From assembly GCA_964504425.1 (NCBI GenBank), contig CAZDFF010000001.1, positions 1-50,418 of the forward strand: a DNA stretch of 50,418 nucleotides, read 5' to 3'. The first letter of the stretch is position 1. Every line of letters begins with the position of its first letter. A program made the translations under genes and the position numbers. This DNA is from an uncultured Hyphomicrobiales bacterium (GTDB lineage Bacteria; Pseudomonadota; Alphaproteobacteria; Rhodospirillales; 2-12-FULL-67-15). Below the pieces are notes generated by a model. The model was not told the origin of the DNA. It did no database searches and saw nothing but the letters and a program-made list of their open reading frames with translations. Below, one piece after another: positions 46,130-50,418 of this stretch.

Positions 46130-47131
46130 ATGGATGCCGTTGTCCCACCCGGTTGCGCACCCGATGACGCGCTGGCGACGATTCCGTTGATCGACGGCGG
46201 AACGGACGCGACCCGCGCATTGCTGCTGGCGGAACCGGAACGTCTGGCGGCGTTGGTCGCGAGCGCCCGGCGCCATTACGGCGGATCGGCCATGGCCGTG
46301 GGCGACGCGCTGTCCCGACGATGGCTGCGGCGCACCGGCAATCCGTACATCGCCGAGATCGCCGCCGCCGCCGCGCGAATCGGCCGGCCCGGTGCCTATC
46401 TTCTCAATCTGTCGTACGAGTGGACGTGCACGACGGCGGTCGGAGCCGACGGTGCGGGGCGCATGTTGCGCGTGCTCGACTGGCCGCTCGACGGACTCGG
46501 CGCCAACGTCGTCGTGCTGCGGCGCGAGGGCGCGGCCGGTCCCTATTACGACGTGACGTGGCCGGGATTCGCCGGGGTCGTCACGGCGATGGCGCCGGGC
46601 CGGTTTTCCGCCGCCATCAACCAGACGCCGATGCCCGCATTCACGTCCTCATGCTGGCTCGATTGGGCGATTGTCCGGTGGCGCGGCCTTGCCCGAGGCC
46701 TGCCGCCCGCGCACCTGCTGCGTCGGGTCTTCGACACCTGCCGCACCTACGACGAGGCCAAGGCGATGCTGGCGGAAACGCCGATCGCGGCCGGCGCGTT
46801 CTTCTCGCTCGCCGGAACGAAGCCGGGCGAAGGCGTGGCGATCGAACGCACGCCCGACATGACATTGATTCATGCTTCGCCGGTCGCCGTCGCCAACGAT
46901 TGGATCGGCATCGTTCGGCCCGGCCGCCCGCGCGGCCGCGACAGTCGCGAGCGGCGTGAACTGCTGGCACGCCTGGCCGGCGACGCGGGCGCGGAAAGTT
47001 TCTCATGGCTGTTGCCGCCGGTGTTGAATCCGACGACGCGCATCGCCGCCGTCGCCGACGCCGCCGACGGCACGCTCGTCGTCCGCGGCTTGGAGGAAAG
47101 CGGCCGGGCGACGGTGGATTTCAGGCTTTGA
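46130..47131 (+). CDS. Acid ceramidase / N-acylethanolamine acid amidase (NAAA)-like Ntn hydrolase family protein, no signal peptide
   Basis: Uses the track frame 46049..47131. I prefer the start at the ATG at 46130, with AAAGGA upstream. Segments parallel my recollection of the human ASAH1 beta chain. [20 protein letters not shown] matches [43 protein letters not shown] matches [58 protein letters not shown] matches [36 protein letters not shown]. Confidence 0.65.
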   Translation: [333 protein letters not shown]

Positions 47132-48353
47132 TGTCGGTTCGCCGGTAGATCCAGTACCAGGCCATGGTCGCGATCTCGAGCGCCAGCATGATGCCGAATC
47201 CGGCGCGATAGCCGCCGGTTGCATAGCCTCCGGCGGCCGTCGGTTCGAACAAGTCGATGATCAGCCCGATGCCCCATTGGCACAGGAACGCGCCTGCGAA
47301 CACCATCAGATTGAGGCTGGTGTTGACGCGTCCGACCATGTCGATCGGGAAGCTTTGCGTCAGCATGGCGTAACACAGCAGGTTCGCCGTGCCGAAGAAA
47401 CCGAACGCCATCCAGGTCAGCAACACGGCGCCTTGCCATTGGATTACGAGCACGGCTTGCGAGGCGATGAAGCACGTCATGCCGACCAACGCCACGTCGA
47501 TGGTCTTGATGCCGCGTCGGCCCAGGCGCTCGGCGATGGTCCCGGTGATCAGGAACCCGACGATCATGGCGCAGGCGATCAGCAACAGGTAGTCGGCCAC
47601 GGCGCCGCGTCCCATGCCGGCCACGTCCGCCAGCCATGGGCCGGACCACAGGCTCTGAATGCCGACGAAGGACGCCTGCGCGGCGATCGTCATCGGCGCG
47701 ATCCGGATGAACAAGGGACTGGCGAAGACTCTGCCGAAGCCGCGGAACTGTTCGAGCAGGCTTCCTTCGGGGACGCCCATGCCGCGTCGCGGCACCATGA
47801 ACATCACGGCAACGGCGCCGATCAGGAAGGAAACCGCCAGCACGACGAAGACGCCGCGCCAGCCGAGTACGCCGAGCGCGGCTTCGACCGGAACCGTTCC
47901 CATCAGCGCGCCGAAGCCGCCGGCGGCCAGTTGGCAACCGTTGACGAGCGGCAACTGGCCGACCCGGAACCACATGCTGAACGCCTTGAATCCGGCCATC
48001 AGCGCCCCCGAGACCCCAAGGCCCATAAGGCCGCGGCCGACCGCCAGGCCCGCCACGCTGTCGGCGGCGGCGAAGATGGCGGCGCCGGCCGCCGCGATCA
48101 CCAGCAGCCCGGCATTGGTTCGCCTGGGCCCGAATCGGTCGAGCAGCACGCCCAGCGGAATTTGAAACGCGGCGAAGGCCAGAAAGTAGGCGCTGGTCAA
48201 AAGCCCCAGCTGCGCCGCGTCCAGCCCCAGATCCTTCACCAAGTCGGGCGCGATGACGGCATTGACAACGCGGGACAGGTAGGAAAGGAAATAGCCGACG
48301 GCGAAAGGAACGAATACCTTAACGAGGGTCGATGAACGTTCTGTTTCGGTCAT
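47121..48353 (-). CDS. MFS transporter
   Basis: Uses the track frame 47121..48563, trimmed to MTETERSSTLVKVFVPFAVGYFLSY.... It has about 12 TM helices and the MFS loop motif LLDRFGPRRT. Confidence 0.85.
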   Translation of the reverse strand: MTETERSSTLVKVFVPFAVGYFLSYLSRVVNAVIAPDLVKDLGLDAAQLGLLTSAYFLAFAAFQIPLGVLLDRFGPRRTNAGLLVIAAAGAAIFAAADSVAGLAVGRGLMGLGVSGALMAGFKAFSMWFRVGQLPLVNGCQLAAGGFGALMGTVPVEAALGVLGWRGVFVVLAVSFLIGAVAVMFMVPRRGMGVPEGSLLEQFRGFGRVFASPLFIRIAPMTIAAQASFVGIQSLWSGPWLADVAGMGRGAVADYLLLIACAMIVGFLITGTIAERLGRRGIKTIDVALVGMTCFIASQAVLVIQWQGAVLLTWMAFGFFGTANLLCYAMLTQSFPIDMVGRVNTSLNLMVFAGAFLCQWGIGLIIDLFEPTAAGGYATGGYRAGFGIMLALEIATMAWYWIYRRTDIKA

Positions 48354-48450
48354 GGTGCGGCAAGCTATCGGGCTTGCCCTCGGCCCCGCAACCGGTATTG
48401 ATACGGTGGCGAGCGAAACGTGGCATTCGCGGGAGGCGAAGGTGACGGCG

Positions 48451-49053
48451 ATGGCGGCGACGGCGGCGACAGGGCGGAAGAAGCGGGCGCGCAAGCACTC
48501 CGTCTGGGAAGGCATGAAGCGTCTGACGCGCTTTCGGCTCATCGTTCCCATTAAGCGGAGCAAGCATCCGCCGTCCTATACGGCGCACGGCTCGTTGGTC
48601 GGGCTTGCCTGGGCATTCACGCCCCTGGTCGGCATTCAGATGTATCTGGTCTTCATGACCTGGGTCATCGGGCGCAAGGTCTTTAAGTACGATTTCAACC
48701 TGATCGTGGCGTTGGCCTGGACCTGGGTCACCAACGTCGCGACGATGTTGCCGACCTATTACATTTTTTACATTACCGGTCAGCTCATGCTCGGCCGCTG
48801 GAACGACATCTCCGGCTACCAAAGTTTTGTCGACACGTGGAACAAGGCATTCGGCAACGGCGAATGGGGCATCGGTTCGCTCGGTCTTTACCTCAAGATG
48901 GTTGCCGCCGATCAGGGCCTGACCATGATGATCGGCTGCCTGCCGTGGGCCGCCGTGTTCGGCTGGGTCGGCTATCGCTGGACGCTGGCCTTTCTCAAGC
49001 GGCGCGACGAGCGCCGACGCGAACTCGCCCATCGGCGCCATACTCAAGGCTGA
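48451..49053 (+). CDS. DUF2062 domain-containing membrane protein
   Basis: Uses the track frame 48352..49053. The start is uncertain: the ATG at 48451 or the GTG at 48442, both downstream of GGGAGG. PIKRSKHPPSYTAHGSLVGLAWAFTPLVGIQMYLVF... resembles DUF2062. Confidence 0.7.
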   Translation: MAATAATGRKKRARKHSVWEGMKRLTRFRLIVPIKRSKHPPSYTAHGSLVGLAWAFTPLVGIQMYLVFMTWVIGRKVFKYDFNLIVALAWTWVTNVATMLPTYYIFYITGQLMLGRWNDISGYQSFVDTWNKAFGNGEWGIGSLGLYLKMVAADQGLTMMIGCLPWAAVFGWVGYRWTLAFLKRRDERRRELAHRRHTQG

Positions 49054-49061
49054 TCGGGACG

Positions 49062-50048
49062 ATGACCCCCGAAGACATCCGCGCTCGCATCGGCCATTGC
49101 CTGGTCGACGCGCACTTTCCGCAGCTTCCGAACTTCCAGCGCGGCAAGGTGCGCGATTCCTATGACCTGCCGGACGGCCGGCGAATCATGATCGCGACCG
49201 ATCGTCAATCGGCATTCGACCACGTGTTGGCCGCCGTGCCCTTCAAGGGCGAGATATTGAACCAAACCGCGCGCTTCTGGTTCGAGGCGACGGCCGACAT
49301 CTGCGCCAATCACGTGGTCGCCTTTCCGGACGCCAACGTGGTCGTCGGCCGAAAGCTCGAGATGCTGCCGATCGAAATGGTCGTGCGCGATTACCTGACC
49401 GGATCGACCGCGACCAGCATCTGGCCGATGTACGCCAAGGGCGAGCGCGTCGTTTACGGTCACAAGCTGCCGGGCGGCCTGAAGAAAAACCAGAAGCTGC
49501 CCGAAACCATTCTGACGCCGACCACCAAAGGCATGGCGGGCGAGCACGATTATCCGATCACGGCGGCGGAGATCGTCGAGAAGGGCATTCTCCCGGAATC
49601 CCGTTGGCGGGAAGCGGCCGAAACCAGTTTGAAGCTTTTCGCGCGCGGGCGCGAGATCGCGGCGAAGAACGGCCTGATCCTGGTCGACACCAAATACGAG
49701 TTCGGCGTCGACTCCGACGGCCGCCTGACGCTCGCCGACGAGGTGCATACGCCCGACTCCAGCCGTTATTGGGTTAGGGACGGCTACGATGCCCGCATGG
49801 CGGCGGGCCAGGAACCGGAAAGCTTGGATAAGGAATTCCTGCGTCTATGGATCGCGGCCCGCTGCGATCCCTACAAGGACCCGATTCCGGAAATTCCATC
49901 CGACACGCTGGCCGAATTTTCGGGCAAGTACATCCGACTCTACGAGCGGATCACCGGCCGGATGTTCGTGCCGTCGGAACCCAATTTGCCGCCGCGCCAG
50001 CGGATCGAGAAGAACCTGCGCCAGGCGTTCCCGGAATATTTTAATTAG
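49062..50048 (+). CDS. purC: SAICAR synthase, long (about 330 aa) form; second purC paralog
   Basis: Uses the track frame 48837..50048, trimmed to the ATG at 49062 (MTPEDIRARIGH...). RGKVRDSYDL, IATDRQSAFD, LVDTKYEFG and ADEVHTPDSSRYW are SAICAR-synthase motifs in the long-form arrangement. Confidence 0.88.
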   Translation: MTPEDIRARIGHCLVDAHFPQLPNFQRGKVRDSYDLPDGRRIMIATDRQSAFDHVLAAVPFKGEILNQTARFWFEATADICANHVVAFPDANVVVGRKLEMLPIEMVVRDYLTGSTATSIWPMYAKGERVVYGHKLPGGLKKNQKLPETILTPTTKGMAGEHDYPITAAEIVEKGILPESRWREAAETSLKLFARGREIAAKNGLILVDTKYEFGVDSDGRLTLADEVHTPDSSRYWVRDGYDARMAAGQEPESLDKEFLRLWIAARCDPYKDPIPEIPSDTLAEFSGKYIRLYERITGRMFVPSEPNLPPRQRIEKNLRQAFPEYFN

Positions 50049-50107
50049 CCTTCCGACTGCCTTGAAAATTTGTTTTCTTTCAAATCGTTAGCCGAGCCTT
50101 CCTCTCG

Positions 50108-50133
50108 GTTACACATTGTTACAATTCCTTACA
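50108..50133 (+). promoter_or_regulatory. Three direct TTACA repeats phased at exactly 10 bp (candidate regulator binding site)
   Basis: gGTTACAcattGTTACAattcCTTACAc, with the hexamers starting at 50108, 50118 and 50128. It lies in a lower-GC intergenic region upstream of the open-ended ORF at the right edge. Confidence 0.3.
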
Positions 50134-50170
50134 CTCGCCGCGTTGCGGCGCCTTCCCACCTTACGGCAAC

Positions 50171-50418
50171 ATGACGACGGCCCAAGAATGGTGCCGTAGC
50201 GGTTCTCTAGAACGGAGGCGGTTCGTGACCGACGTGACTCTTCCGGACGCCCGTCACTGGCCGTCGCTTTCCATTCGCGACAAAGCCATGGAAGTGGATG
50301 TTCCTCGGGACGGGGAGTCCGCCCATCGGCTGACGGTGCGAATTCGTCAGGCCCTGAAAACCGCTCCGCATTCGCTCTCCGGCAACGCGGAACACAAAAT
50401 TTTCGCCCTGTTCAGGAA
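50171..50418 (+). CDS. Hypothetical protein, N-terminal part only (open-ended at the right edge)
   Basis: The frame is open from the ATG at 50171, or from the GTG at 50225 preceded by GGAGG, to the window end: ...VTDVTLPDARHWPSLSIRDKAMEVDVPRDGESAHRLTVRIRQALKTAPHSLSGNAEHKIFALFR. I recognise no family. I prefer it over the antisense 62-aa track ORF only on composition. Confidence 0.3.
   Translation, partial: MTTAQEWCRSGSLERRRFVTDVTLPDARHWPSLSIRDKAMEVDVPRDGESAHRLTVRIRQALKTAPHSLSGNAEHKIFALFR

Noticed and set aside
50207-50395. 62-aa minus-strand ORF at the right edge
   Set aside because: The composition is unprotein-like (MFRVAGERMRSGFQGLTNSHRQPMGG...) and there is no RBS. The opposite strand carries an open-ended frame with a GGAGG-GTG start. 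Neither is well supported.

Overview
High-GC chromosomal segment that reads as core alphaproteobacterial genome. Markers are the DUF1476/zeta F1-ATPase inhibitor, the helicase-S4-fdxA-carD neighbourhood, a purC-purS-purQ-purL-bolA-grxD block and a System I ccm locus. I could not place the order or genus. I can support about 57 densely packed protein-coding genes. I found no rRNA, tRNA, CRISPR array, transposase, integrase or phage genes. Left to right the window holds: ccmG(partial)-F-E-D-C-B-A on the minus strand; a 7-gene minus-strand operon in which a Liv-type ABC importer is bracketed by two adenylate-forming CoA ligases; acnA, DUF1223, RidA, htpG, pcm and a DMT transporter; a SUV3-like helicase plus S4/Hsp15-like gene, DUF938, TerB, fdxA and carD; an envelope trio (M48-LysM protease, LpxR-like, thermonuclease); gluQ, an esterase, a peroxiredoxin-like gene, an HNH protein and rpsD; a coiled-coil orphan and a second TerB-like gene; an HxlR / flavodoxin-like quinone reductase / DOPA-dioxygenase module; grxD-bolA-purL-rhomboid-purQ-purS-purC; an NRDE protein, the zeta inhibitor and purB; an acid-ceramidase/NAAA-like Ntn hydrolase, an MFS transporter, DUF2062 and a second long-form purC. 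I do not see a convincing new multi-gene system such as a defence island, biosynthetic cluster or mobile element. The most interesting items are: (1) a CarD/CdnL regulator with a 78-residue histone-H1-like Lys/Ala/Pro tail; (2) a eukaryote-like acid-ceramidase/NAAA-family hydrolase with no signal peptide; (3) the ligase-ABC-ligase operon; (4) a structured roughly 200-nt region with a CU-rich hairpin loop and a strong terminator just downstream of that operon, a candidate sRNA; (5) a rhomboid protease translationally coupled inside the FGAM-synthase operon. Many long ORFs in the track are antisense or out-of-frame artefacts of the high GC content and were rejected. All family calls come from motif recognition by eye and from memory of family sequences. 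No searches were run.
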